A DNA stretch of 64,000 nt from the human T2T-CHM13v2.0 reference genome, Homo sapiens. Shown here one piece after another: positions 27,568 to 41,628 of this stretch; position 1 is the stretch's first letter; the number at the start of each line of letters is the position of its first letter. The notes beneath the pieces were generated by a model, which worked only from the letters and a program-made list of their open reading frames with translations, was not told the origin of the DNA and made no database searches. The DNA lies in the NCBI RefSeq assembly GCF_009914755.1, contig NC_060936.1; one strand, 5' to 3'. A program made the translations under genes and the position numbers.

Positions 27568-27884
27568 GACTATGCCACCCAATATGGCATCCACTGGCCA
27601 CATGTGGCTAGAGGGCACCTAAAACATGGCTAGTCTGAATTGAGATGTACTCTAAGTATACAATGCACACCAGATTTTGAAGACTCCACATGGAAAAACA
27701 TAATGTAAAACATCTCAAGTGTTTAAGTTGATTACTTATTGAAATAATATTTTGGATCTATTGGTAAAATAAAATAAATTATTAAAACCAACTTCAACTG
27801 TTTCTTTTCACTTTTCTAATATGGCTATCAGAAACTTTTAAATTACATACAGGGTTTGTATTACATGTCTGTTTGGTAGTGCTG
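27568..27884. mobile_element. MER33 (hAT-Charlie)
   Basis: CCAATATGGCATCCACTGGCCACATGTGGCTA...ACACCAGATTTTGAAGAC...; ~315 bp. Confidence 0.8.
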
Positions 27885-28454
27885 GTCTAGAACTGCCTAT
27901 ATTCTATTCCCAGACTTCTTACTAATTAGCTCTCTGACCTTGGTCCAGTCAATTAACCTCAATAAGTCTCAGTTTCTTCATGTGACAAATGAATATAAGA
28001 ATTTCTGACCTGCCAACCATGCAGGGTTGTGATGTAGCTCAAATGAGATAATGGATATGAAAGTGCCTGGGAAAAAAATCTATACAAATGCAAGCTCTTC
28101 TGTAATGAGATTTTCTGGCTTTGTTTCTAAATCTCCAAGTGTTTTATTTCCTCCCACGCTGGCTCCTGGATATGACCCAACTTCCTCCAGCTTTCCCAAC
28201 TTCTGATGCTCATAGTTTGACTTTTCAAGTCTATTGACTCTCTTTCCAGGTAAATTTCAGAACTGTAGAAGCTGAGGAGTTTGGCAAGACAAGTCTATTT
28301 TCAGACTCCTGAAGTTCACCAAAGTTGGTGTGTGATCCACTCTCCCAGCCCACCTTGGGGATAATCTTTCCAGTAACAATGATGCCAAGGAAACTTGATG
28401 ATTTAGACATACTCCTCTTGTCTTATAATTGCACATTGCCAGCTGCACTTTTTA

Positions 28455-28771
<317 letters not shown>

Positions 28772-28890
28772 GAGGGCCCTATATGATTTAGGCTGACTGG
28801 GAGTTGAAGTTTTCATTATTTTAAAATGTAGATGACATCTGTTACTTTAGTCTATCTACCATCCATCCATGTGGCATGTGTGGGGCAGAC

Positions 28891-28892
<2 letters not shown>

Positions 28893-28934
<42 letters not shown>

Positions 28935-28954
28935 GCGCGTGCATGCACGTGTGC
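28893..28954. repeat. (GT)n-(GC)n alternating purine/pyrimidine tract
   Basis: 62 bp of uninterrupted R/Y alternation. Confidence 0.95.
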
Positions 28955-28999
28955 CTGTCCTAATCAGCTTACTCCATCCCTCTGGACACAAAGATGGTT

Positions 29000-29320
29000 T
29001 CAGGATAGGCAAGACGCCCAAGCTGACTCACAAGGGGCCAATCTCAGGACTTTTGCAGCAACCTTAGAGAAAGAAGTTTCTCTTTCCACTGAGGCAATTG
29101 AGTCTCTTTCTGGAACTACTTGAGACACAGAGGGAGGAGGAAGGCAGCTGGCCATAATGAGAAAGCAAAGCTACCAAGGAGCAGGGGGCGAGTTTCTCCA
29201 ACATTTGTGTAAGCACCTAGATCCAACCGTACCTAAAGCCCACCATTCCTAAGCACTTTGCAGTTACAAAAGCCAACAAATACATTTTGTGGGAGAAGCC
29301 AGTTTAAGTTGAGATTTAAA
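29000..29320 (+). mobile_element. Old MLT1 (J/K-like) LTR fragment
   Basis: GCACCTAGATCCAACCGTACCTAAAGCC...AGCCAGTTTAAGTTGAGATTT. Confidence 0.6.
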
Positions 29321-30257
29321 CACTTAGAAAGAGATAAAAAATAATGCATTCGAAAATTACTTTTATGACTTTCAATTCATACAGTAACTTCATCTGGATT
29401 AACAGAGTATTGTCTAGAGGTGCTGCTGTAAATCTTTTATAACTAGATTATGAATTAAATACAAAGAAGCTCTTCTAAAGTTTGGGAATGCAAAGAGGAT
29501 CATAACAAAGGCATTTCCTCTGGAACCACTTTACTGAAACCCTGTTGTTCACTGTCCATGGAAGGAAAGAGATTGCTCAGCAACACTAAATTTTAGACAA
29601 GTCACTCCAGTTGGAATGATCCAGAACTGGATTAATGGTCTTTAAATAAATACGGCTTTCAGGGTTTTATTCTTGCTGCTTGGCAGAAACCTCCTGTGGG
29701 AATGCCACCCAGGAAACCTCCACCTGTACCCTGAGGTCCTGGTCCTTGTCACCTCCTCAGGCAGACCATGAGGTTGGTGAATGAGTGGCTCAGGGGCAGA
29801 TGGGGAAACTGAGGCTCGCACATGCCCAGCTGGAATTAAATCATATGCATTGGAAGCTCAGTTTTGTCCTCTAAGCCAGGCACCCTGCCATGAAGATTAA
29901 TGAGGTGACAGTTGTCTAGGGCCTGGAAGTAGTTAAGACAAAGCAGCCACCCAAACACTTGGGACTATTTTTAGCCTCTTCGGCATAGGGCTTGAATACA
30001 CATGCCAACACCAGCTCTGGCAAGGCATGGCCTTTCAGCTGCGTGTTGATCCCCGCTATGTCCCCTCTGCCATACCATCATGAACATGGAGACTCTGACT
30101 GACAAGGTCTAAGGTGATGATTTAGAGTCACTATCTCTCTAAAAGGAGAGGACTTCCAGTCTCCTAAACAGCCGCTCATCAATGGACCCAGAGGGTTTTC
30201 TGTTTAGGTGGACTTCAAAGAAAACTCTATTCCATGGATTTGTAAGGTTTAAATTTT

Positions 30258-30910
30258 ACTATGCAAAGCTATGGCCTGTGGAGAAACATCTGGAATGCAG
30301 ACAAACTTTATTTGGCTCATACAAACCTTAAACGTAGATTCATTGGCAACATTTACAAAAACAGGAAAATTTCACATGAAAAATTCCATGCTTCCACTTT
30401 TTCTTGATAAATTGAAACAATTCAGGTCTTTCCCCCCCTCCACCCCAGTCCAGACTGGAGTGCAGTGACACCATCTTGGATCACTGCAACCTCTACCTCC
30501 CAGGTTCAAGCAGTTCTCCTGTCTCAGCATCCTAAGTAGCTGATATTACAAGCATGTGCTACCATACCCGGCTAATTTTTTGAACTTTTAGTAGAGACAG
30601 GGTTTCACCATGTTGGCCAGACTGGTCCTGAACTCCTGACCTCAGGTGATCTGCCCACCTTGGCCTCCCAAAGTGCTGGGATTATAGGTGTAAGCCACAG
30701 CACCTGGCCAACAATTCAGGTCTTGCATTCAATGTGGCAACAGTCAGCTAGAAAGAAGGAGTGGCTTCCCCCTTTAGATGAGGCATGGGTGCTCCAGTTT
30801 GCCCCACTCCCCACCATTCCCTATTGTAAATCATTGACCCTGAAGCCAAATGTCAGTTGCCATTTGTCATCTTATGCTAGACCCTCTTCAACCATTTGAG
30901 TTTCCTGACA
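30258..30910. mobile_element. MER102-like hAT-Charlie element interrupted by an Alu
   Basis: ATTTCACATGAAAAATTCC...TGGCAACAGTCAGCTAG...CCCCTTTAGATGAGGCATG...CCCCACCATTCCCTATTGT. Confidence 0.65.
30450..30709 (-). mobile_element. AluSx-like lacking its 3' end and poly(A)
   Basis: Perfect 15-bp TSD AACAATTCAGGTCTT at 30416-30430 and 30710-30724. Confidence 0.92.
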
Positions 30911-31769
30911 GGCCCTATTAGGTATCAGAGTTTGCAAGTTCTGCAAAATGAACATGCATTAATTGCATAATAAATTGTTTAGCCAAATTCCAACAAGCAA
31001 TTACAAAGAAGATGACCCTTCTAAGCCTCCTTCAAACATTGGTCTTGTATGACTATATGAACAGAGTCTGAGAATATTAGAACTATAAGAGTCTTCTGAG
31101 GTTAGTGTGTTGGGGGCGAAGGGCAATGCTTCTCCTTACCCTCAATGTCTTTTTCCAAGTGAAAGAAATTCTGCCAGCATCCCACTCCTGGCCCTTCTCC
31201 ACTCCTTCATCACTCCTTCCATGCAGAGACAGAGTGACTCAATAACTTGAAGTTTGGAAGCTTGGGAGAGAAGCTGGGTATAGGGAGCATTTCTCATTTC
31301 TTATTCTTCTTCAGACAGGGGCAAAGTGCCTGGAGGAAGTGCAGAGTCAAATTTCTATAGATGGTTCATCCCTGCTGAACCAGGCATGCCCTGATTGGGC
31401 ACAGCCAGGGGCTGGGTGAGTAACTCCCTTCAATTACAGGGAAGCAGGCCTGTTTCTTGGGTGTTGTGAAGACCACACCAATGATCTAGGCTGATGGCTG
31501 TTATCATTTAGAAGGTTTGCTACCCTCTTTAAAAATCTCATGATGGAAGCCATGGACCCTCTACCACCTTCCTCCCCAGGTGCACCTGTCTGCACAACAC
31601 TTGTATATATAATATTAGAGTGTTCACCAACCCTTGAAGCCCATTAATAGGCTCCAGATGTTTTTAATCCCTAATTTGGCCCCATGCCTAAAAAGGAATT
31701 GTTTAAAGTAACACGAGGCAGAGGCAAGATCGATAAAAGTCCCAGCATCCTGATTGGCATCCCTGTAAA

Positions 31770-32280
31770 TTTGCATCAGATGTGTTTATTCATTCGACAA
31801 AGTCTAAGTGCTTGTGTGCCAGGCAATGATAAGCTCCACCCTTTGGTCTTAACCAAGGGCTCAAACATCAGACTGCTTATTACACAGATGAACGTCTAAT
31901 CATACATCACGATAAATGCTATGAAAGAAAGAACAGGTCCCTATTCTTGACAAGGGGGTCTGGCTTATTTGAAGGTGATAGAGTAAGAAAATATTTTTCA
32001 GCAGAAGTGATCTTGAGCCCAGATCTGAGATCTCAGGGAAAAAATAGGAATTAATTACAAGGAGGAAAGGAACACAAAGAAGAGGCACAGACAAAAGCAT
32101 AAGCAAAGTCCCTGAGGCAGGAGGGAATGAGATGAAGCTGGAAAGAGGAGAGTTGTGTATATAACAAAGATGACAGTGACAGGTATTGACTACAGATCCT
32201 CTTAGGTCCCATTCGGCCATCAGACCTGTAATTTGTAAGGGGAGGGGAGTTTAAATTTGACAAAGAGTTAAGAAGTTCAT
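31770..32280 (-). mobile_element. L2 fragment
   Basis: TTTATTCATTCGACAAA...GTGCCAGGCA...GCAAAGTCCCTGAGGCAGGA. Confidence 0.75.
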
Positions 32281-33106
32281 AAGCTCAATACCTTTCCTAC
32301 TTCCAGGAAAATTTCTCCAAAGAAAAGAAGTCGTCAAAAGCAAGAAGTTTTATGCACCAAGATGCCCTCAGTGGTGCTACTAGTAACACCAAACCTCTGG
32401 AAATAACGGAAATCTTTATCTGAAAGAGAAATAGTTGGAGAAACATGGATACCAATGCAATGCAACATTATGTGCCCATCTAAAAATGGAAACTCCCATT
32501 TGAAATAGAAATGTGGGTAAATGCTTACGATATAATGAACAACTATCTATGAATGTAGGTGAGAAAGGGAAGGTCATTTACTTCCATAGTTGTAGAATAG
32601 TATAGAAGGCTATATGGTCAGAATAATACTATTAATGATAACAGTGTAATTGGCTATCAAGTGGGATTTCTACTGTTGTCCCAGAATTATAGTTTATACC
32701 CAAATCTAAAAATAAGACATAAAATAATTCTACTTTCTAAAAAGAGCTACCTGTGAGTCAGAGCTGAGATCAAACTCCTTCCCACAAGGATCCAAAGAGG
32801 GGGCAGATTGAGCCCCCACTTCCCAACGACCACTGCTGCCTCCTCCCCAGAAGAAGAGGAGGTAGATGGGTTGAGTTTTGGTCTTTGACCTTCTGAGGGC
32901 ATAGGATTCACAAACAGAGTGCATTCCTACTCCCTAGGGGTGTCTACAAGAAAAGAAACTGGCATCTTATTTCTTAAGTAGATGTCTGCTGAAATTATGC
33001 ATCTCATGGCCATCCACTGGTACCACCCTTTAAGCAGAGGGAGGTGGGGCAGTTCTTAGAAAAGACTAACATCGGTAGCCGTAAGATGGGGGATCTATTA
33101 GTTAGA

Positions 33107-33452
33107 CCAGCAATGTCCAAAAGAACTCTTTATGATAATGGAAATGTTTTATATCTGTGCTGTCCAATATGGCAGCCACCAGCCATATATGGTTATTGAG
33201 CACATGAAATACAGCTAGCGCAACTGAAGAATTAAATGTGTAATTCCATTTAATTTTATTTTTTTTTAACATTTTTTTAAGGGTCTCGCTATGTTGCCCA
33301 AGTTGGTCTCAAACTGGGTTCAAGTGATCCTCCCGCCTCGTTCTCCTAAGCAGCTGGGACTACAGTTGCATGCCACTACACACTAATTTTAATTCTTTTA
33401 AATTTAAATAATTAACACCTATAGCTAGTGGCTACCATATTAGACAATGCAG
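33107..33452. mobile_element. MER3 containing an antisense FLAM_A-like Alu monomer (~33255-33383)
   Basis: TGTCCAAAAGAACT...GCTGTCCAATATGGCAGCCACCAGCCA...GCTAGTGGCTACCATATTAGACA. Confidence 0.85.
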
Positions 33453-33512
33453 GCCTAGACATTTCTGCAGGTGGGGGAACCCTAGATGACCTACATCCAA
33501 ACAGCTTGAGGA

Positions 33513-34065
33513 TATCAGATGTGTGTGAATCAGAGCAACTCCATCTTGAAGAGGAGCTGGGTAAAATGAGGCTGAAACCTACTGGGCGGCATTCCCGGAC
33601 AGCTAAGGCATTCTAAGTCACAGGATGAGATAGAAGGTCAGCACAAGATACAGGCATCAAGACCTTGCTGATAAAACAGGATGCAGTAAACAAGTTGGCC
33701 AAAACCCATCAAAACCAAGATGGCCACAAGAGTGACCTCTAGTCGTCCTCACTGCTACACTCCCACCAGCATCGTGACAGTTTACAAATGCCATGACAAC
33801 GTCAGAAAGTTACCCTATATGGTCTAAAAAGAAGAGGCATGAATAATCCACCCCTTGTTTAGCAAGTAATCAAGAAATAACCATAAAAATGGGCAACCAG
33901 TAGCCCTCAGGGCTGCTCTGTCTATGGAGTAGCCATTCTTTCATTCCTTTACTTTTCTAATAAACTTGCTTTCACTTTACTGTATGGATTCACCCTGAAT
34001 TCTTTCTTGCCCGAGATCTAAGAACCCTCTCTTGGGGTCTGGATCAGGACCCCTTTCCTGTAACA
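33513..34065 (+). mobile_element. MER41A ERV1 solo LTR
   Basis: AGAGCAACTCCATCTTGAA...GGCATTCTAAGTCACAGGATGAGATAG...AATAAACTTGCTTTCAC...CCCCTTTCCTGTAACA. Confidence 0.92.
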
Positions 34066-35238
34066 AGGGGACATGGAAGTAGTGAGTCAGAGGAGGCAAT
34101 GCAGATACTCCCCACTCCATCCCAGATCTCTCCATACCAAGAGAGTGCGAGAAGTATCCCGTATTCCCATGGCTGCAAGGGAAAGCCTGAGGGCCAGTGG
34201 ATGGCAGGAGTTCTCTATGTCTAGGTGACCACCAGAAAAAGGACCAAAGGGGTGCCATTCAGGAAGTCAATGAGACCAGGCTGCCCCTCAGTGGCAGGGG
34301 AGGTTATCAGGATGACCCTGAAGGCAGGCCAGAGGAATCCATCCTCACCATTCACAAAGAGATCACTCACAACCGAAGAATCAAACCAAACCACACCAAC
34401 ACCAGGGAGACCTTCTCTGCTTTAAGCTCTTCCAGCCAAAAGTGAATAAATCTGCCCAAGTTGTCACTAAAAATGGAAAAGAAGACATTCCACGTATCTT
34501 AATTAAACTAAAAGTAAACTGCTTTCTTCATTTTATACTTCCATGAGTTTAGATTTTTCAACCAACCCATCACAACAGTTCCCAAGCATGATATACCTGT
34601 ATAAGTCACTGAATTTAAGCCTCACAACAACCGTAAGAGGTAGATATTATCAACTCCATTTTACAGAGGAATAAACTGAGGCTCAGAAAATGAATGAATC
34701 ATCCATGATCTCACAGATAAGTGACAAGGCTGGAATGGGAACTCGTATCTTTCTCACTCCAAAATTTTCTTGGATATTGCTAGGCCATCTTTTGGACAAT
34801 AAAATCATCATTAAAAAAAATAAAAGCTCAAAAAATGCAAGTAAAAAAGTAAAAATTGGTGAAATCCAAATAAGATCTGTACCTAAGTCAACAGTATTGT
34901 ACCAATGTCAATTTCATACTGTGGTTATGTAAGATACTGTCACTGGGGGAAAGTTGGGGGGAGGATACAAGGAGCATCTGCACTATTTCTTGTGAGTCTT
35001 CAACCATTTCATAATATCATTTTTTAAAAAAATCTAATACGGGATTTTTGAAGTTATGCAAATAACATTTATTGTGTATTTCTCACATCAAAGTACTAGT
35101 ATAGATATCAAGAAAATCTCACATTTTGATAAGTATTTTAAACTCAAGCTGTCTTTAAATCCTGTTCTTACTATTTATTTCAATTTACTCTTTAAAACAT
35201 AATATGTTTTAAAGATAGGGTTAAATATATATCTTTCG

Positions 35239-35549
<311 letters not shown>

Positions 35550-36276
35550 TAACATATATCTACCAAACTATACCTAAAAATAAGTAGCAATGTTCCTCAG
35601 ATACTGAGGTGTTAGCCCAGGTTCTGATCCACCATTTACAAATATAAAAACTACACTTTTTCTAAATAATGATGCAATGGGCAATATAATCTTGCCATTT
35701 TGTTCTGAAGAGTCATGAGACTTTAGGTGGCTTTGCTGCTGGTAGCCACACAACAAGCATCATCTCTCTGGATCATCAGCAAAAAAACCTGCCCCCCCAC
35801 CCCCCGCCGCCTGCAGTTCTGGACTGTTGGATGCTCCATGATCCACATCAAACAGGCAGGGGGTCTGTGCAATCCCAGACATAACCAGCAGCATCAGCCC
35901 AGATGCACAAGAACATGCCAAGAATAAATGGGAGGAATCAACAGAGACAAGGCACATTTTTGATCCCTTGTAGCGAGGGTTGTTTGTGAGTGTTCAGTCC
36001 TGGCTTGATGAGTCACTCATTAGAAAAGAAGAAGTATGACTTTTTTTTCTATTGATTCCAGGAAGACTTCGGGTGGGAGGGAGGGATTTCAAGAAGTCAA
36101 GAGAGTCAAAGACAAGAGGAGGAATAGACTTGGCCAATCTGTTTAGACTGGATGCTCTTGGGGCAAGTGAGAACTTAGGTGCTGAGAAGAAAACAGTAAA
36201 CAGGAAAGAAAACTGGTTAACAAGAACAGGGATGCTCAGGGCAGGCATCTGGTACTTTTTATCCCTGGCTTAATTC

Positions 36277-36277
36277 C

Positions 36278-36322
<45 letters not shown>

Positions 36323-36323
36323 A
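36277..36323. repeat. (CT)n(CA)n compound microsatellite
   Basis: Directly visible. Confidence 0.95.
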
Positions 36324-36878
36324 CCCCAAAAACAAAAGATGGCAAAGGAGGTAGACTGCAGAAAGGCACGAGAAATAACAAGAAGCAAAATATAGCTTAG
36401 TTTTTGTCTCCCAACTGCACTCACCCCCAGCCCAGTGAAAGAGGGGAAGTTGAAAGAGGAAAAAGCAGAGGAGACAGATGAAAAGACAAGAGGCCAGAGA
36501 GGTAAGACAGTGTCTTCAAGGCAGTGTGACATTGTCTTAAGAGCAGGCTAGTAGATCAATGGAACAGAACAGAGAGTCTTGAAGTAGACCCACATGCATA
36601 TGGCCAACTTACATTTGATGAAGATATCAAGTCATTCAATGAGGAACAGGTGGTCTTTTCAACAAATGGTGCTGGAACATCTGGATATTCTTATGGAAAA
36701 TAAGGAGCTTCCATCCTTACTTTACATCATATGCAAAAATTAATGTGAGATAGATAATAAACCTATCACAAAAGCTAAAAATTATAAAGCTGCTAAAAGA
36801 AAATAGAACATTGACAACTTTGGGATTGGCAAAGATTTCTTAGGACACAAAAAGCACTAAACATTAAAAAAATTATTA

Positions 36879-37464
<586 letters not shown>

Positions 37465-37635
37465 TCACATATTCACATAAAATGGGAGAGAAATGGCCAG
37501 TAAGTCCCAAAAAAAGATGTTCACCATATTTAGTCATTAAAGAAGCACAAAGCAAAACACGATAACATTTCATACCTATTAGGATGAATAAAGTTAGATG
37601 CCTGACAATGCTAAGTGGTAGCAAGGAGATAGGGC

Positions 37636-37879
37636 GGGATTTTTCAGCCTCAGCACTGTTGATCTTTCCAGCTGGATAACCCATTACTGGGGCCTGGGAA
37701 TGGGGGCTGCCCTGTGCATTGTGAAATGCTTATCAGCATCCTTGGTCTCTCCCCAGGTGCCAGATGCTAGCAGCACTGTCCCCTTCACTGCAAATTATGG
37801 CCAGCAAAACTGTCTTCAGACATTGCCAAATGTTGTCTAGGGGACAAAATTCAAAATTGCCCCATATTGAGAACTACTG
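37636..37879 (+). mobile_element. MER20
   Basis: CAGCCTCAGCACTGTTGA...CAGACATTGCCAAATGT...TTGAGAACTACTG. Confidence 0.88.
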
Positions 37880-38133
37880 ATGATATAGAGCAACTTGTCA
37901 CACCTGCTGGTGGGATTGTAAAATATGCAAGCACTTTGGAAAACAGTTTGGCAGTTTCTTATGAAGCTACATAAAAACACATATGCTAGGACCTAGGGAT
38001 TCTCCTAGTAGCTATTTACCCAAGAGAAATGAGAATATATTTCCACAACAACAACAAAAAAAACTTGTACAAGAATGTTCTAAGTAGATTTAGATTTACT
38101 CTCAATAACCTCAACCTGGAAGCACTCCAGATG

Positions 38134-39024
38134 TATAGTGGGTTGAAATGCAGCCCCAAAAAATGTACGTTGAAGTCTTAACCCCCAGTAACTGTAAATG
38201 TGACCTCATTTGGAAGTAGGGGTTTTGCAGATATAATCAAGTTAAGGTCATACTTGATTAGGATGAGCTCTAAATCTAATGACTGGTCTTCTTATAAGAA
38301 AAGAGGGCTTGTGTGCTGGCTTACACCTGTAATCCCAGCACTTTGAGACACCAAGGTGGGAGGACTGCTTGAGCTAAGGAGTTTGAGACCAGCCTGGGCA
38401 AGATGGTAATACCCCATCTCTATAAAAAAAAAAAAAATAGCCAGGCGTGATGGCGGGCACCTGTAGTCCCAGATACTCAGAAGGCTGAGGCGGGACGATC
38501 ACTTGAGCCTGAGAAGTGGAAGCTGCAGTGAGACGTGAGTGCACCACTACACTCCAGCCTGGGTGACAGAACCAGACCCTGTGAAGAAAAAGAAGGAAGA
38601 AGGAGCAGAAAAAGAAGAAAGAAGAAGGAGAAGAAGGGGAAGGAGGAGGAGGAGGAACAAAAGGAGGAGGAAGAGGAGGAGAAAGAAGGAGGAGGAAGAG
38701 GAGGAGGAAGAACAAGAGGAGAAGGAGGAGGAGGAAAGGAGGAAGAGGAGGAGGAGGAACACACTGAGGGAAGATGCCATGTGTAGCAGAGTTTAGAATC
38801 ATGTAGCCTCAAGACAAGGAAGGAACACCAAGTATTGCCAGGAGCCATCAGAAGCTGGGAGAGGCAAGGAAGGATCTCCCCTAGAGCCTTCAGAGGGAGC
38901 ACATCCCTGCCCACACCTTGACTCGGGACTTCTGGCCTCTGGAACTGTGAGACAATGGAATTCTGTTGTTTTAAGTCACCACGTTTGTGATACTTTGTTA
39001 CAGCAACCCGAGGAAACAAATAAA
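38134..39024 (+). mobile_element. MLT1C LTR containing an AluJ (~38306-38582)
   Basis: AGTGGGTTGAAAT...TAACCCCCAGTAACTGTAAATGTGACC...CCAGAACT-like CTGGAACTGTGAGACAAT...GGAAACAAATA. Confidence 0.88.
38583..38760. repeat. (GGA/GAA)n polypurine tract derived from an Alu tail
   Basis: Nearly pure purine over ~178 bp. Confidence 0.95.
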
Positions 39025-41194
39025 ATGAGAATGGACCAATAAATGATGGTATATTCACACAAGAAAATATTAGTAATATGTAGCTATAAAATAATACAAA
39101 AGAATGCACTGATACAACACACGGATGTATCTCAAAAACAACATGTTGAGTGAAAGAAACCAGATACAAAAGGGTACACACTATATGATGGCATTTACGT
39201 GAAGTTCTGCAAGAGATCTAAGCTATGTGCTAAAAAGCAGAACAAGGGTTGCCTTCAGGGTGGGGCAAGATGATCGGAGAAGGACATGAGAGAACTTTCT
39301 GGGGTGGAGGAGAAATATTCTGTCTTGATTGGGGCAGTGGGTATCTAGGGATATACCTCCATCAAAACTCATTGAACTTACCATCTGTGGTTTTTATTGT
39401 ATATAATTTATACCTCAGCTTTTTAAGTGGTAAAGAAGCTAAAGAGAAGAGAAAGGTAAATCAGGAAGCATGTCCTCTTCCATAAAGATAAGGGGCAAAT
39501 AAGGGTCATGTGACAAAAAGACCAATGGTCATATGAGAAAAAGACCAACACACTGACAACTTCTGTCATTTTGTTACACCTGTGCTCGCTATGGTTAAGT
39601 AAGCTCACAAATTCTTCACCGGAGTCCAAGTTTGCAGAGATGCTCAAAGCAAATTGGCCCAGGCGGACATCCCAGCTGCTGTCCATTATAACCTGGAATG
39701 GAACATTAACTTCTGAGAGGCCCCTCTGGCTCCCAGAAAGCCCCCAGCTGCCCCACACTTCAGGAATAATCTTGAAAACCTAAATGGACAACTGAGAAAA
39801 ACTCAGAACTCTGTGTCTGGTGAGCAACCTGTGTGTTCCCCCAGCGCTGCAAAACACGCCAAGCATGGATAACGGCCGTGCCGCCCTCACCACACAGCTG
39901 CACTAAGCTCTCATCTCAGGTGATGCAGGGGCTTGGGCTGAGCTGCAGACTCACAGGGTCTCAGTAGGGAAGAAGTGGCCTTAGACAAAAGTCCTCTATG
40001 CTGTCCTTACTCAGGGCCAAGCCATGCCAGGGGGTCACTGCAAATGTGACGAAGGGTTGAATATCATGAACTTTGGCATCTGAGAGTCCAGAGTTCAAGT
40101 GCTGAGACTTGCTTCTTACCTGGGCTCTTGATGCCATCTCTTCATCTGACAAATGGGTGAAATGATAATTTGTTGTAAGAGATACACGCATGTAAGGAAC
40201 TGGTACTCCATAAATGCGAGTTTCCTTTTGCAAAATGCGGTTAGCGGTACCCACTTCAAAATGCTGCTAGGGGGCCAAACTCAGCGCTGTGCATGAAGGT
40301 GTTTTTCAAATGCCATGGCTACAGAAAATGAAGTCACCAGCAGGAAACTTTTTTTTTTTTTTTTACCAGTAAGAAATAGAATCAGTGCCCCTCGGGAGTC
40401 TACAACCTAACATTGAGGGTGATGCTGCTGGTGCTTCTGCGTGGAATTCCCAGCTGACCCAGGGAAGAGCACCCCTCTCATGCATTGACTGCCTCAGCAA
40501 TAGGGAAGGGACCACATGAATTTACATTCAAGATTCTGCTTGCCATAGGGGTGACAAATATTAGTTGCATACGACAACAGGGTATTAGTAATGTTCAGAG
40601 TCTAAATTACAGGCAAGGACAACTCTAAGAGATCTGTCGAAAGGAATGATAAAGAATGTTTCCTCTGGCTTCCAGGGACCTCCACATTACTCTGCCTGGC
40701 AGGATGAGGGCTGGAAATGATGGGGCTGGTATCTTCAGTCAACACAGTGTCATTCACCTCCGTCCCTACCTAAGGTCCCTCATTATGAAGTTTCTCTCAC
40801 GTTCACTCCGTAATGGGGAGAGCACTAGACTGACAGTCGGCTTCCAATGCTGGGAAGGCTGCAAAAACCATTTAACCATGCATCCATCCATCCATCCATC
40901 CACCCACCCACCCATCCATTCATTCATTTGACAAACATTCATTGAGCCTTTAACAATGTGCCCAGTCCTGTGTTAAACTGAGAAATGAAAGAGATGAATA
41001 GGACAGGTCCTACTCTCAAAGAACTCATGGTCCAGGATTACGGAAAACAACAGGGACCTAAAACCTGCTGTATGAAAAAGTGGTAAGCATAGAAATGGTA
41101 ATATAGAGGCAGCGTAGCACTGATGATCATGACTTCAGCCTCTGGGTCCAAGGAACCTAGGTTTGTATCACATTTTCCACTTATTAGCTAGGAT

Positions 41195-41423
41195 AGGAGC
41201 CTGCAACAATTTCCGAAAGGGCCAAATGGTAAATATTGTAGGCTCTGTGGGCCATATGGTATCTTTTGCAACTACTCCAGTCTGCCATAGTAGCATGAAT
41301 GCAGCCAAAGAAAATATGTCATTGAATAGGTGCGGCTATGTTCTAATAAAACTTTATTTACAAAAACAGGTGGTGGGCAAGATTTGGGCCTCAGGTGGTA
41401 GGGTGGTAGCTTGCCGATCCCTG
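41195..41423 (+). mobile_element. MER58A inserted in a MIR (~41105-41615)
   Basis: AAGGGCCAAATGGTAAATATT...AATAAAACTTTATTTACAAAAACAGG...GCCGATCCCTG. Confidence 0.88.
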
Positions 41424-41628
41424 TGCCCTTGAGCAAGGAGATGTGATCTTCAGCAAGTTATGTAATCCTCCATACCTCAGTTTCATTCACTACAACGGAT
41501 GATGATAAAACCTACCTCGTGGGATGCTATAAACTGATACTATATATAAGGCACTTAGCACAATGCCCATAACATGGTAAGAATGCAATATATCCTGTCT
41601 CTATTATTATTATTATAAAAGTGAAATC

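Noticed and set aside
31130-31340. Possible minus-strand exon (CTTCCTCCAG...GAGG|GTAAGG)
   Set aside because: Short pyrimidine tract and no recognisable reading frame; unsupported without RNA data.
33513-34065. MER41 as an interferon-gamma/STAT1 enhancer
   Set aside because: This copy reads AAAAAGAAGAGG|CATGAATAATCC and lacks the tandem GAS (TTCNNNGAA) segment of MER41B; it is A-type.
38374-39181. 234-aa and 142-aa Ser/Pro/Glu-rich ORFs
   Set aside because: They are made of the GGA microsatellite, Alu and MLT1C sequence.
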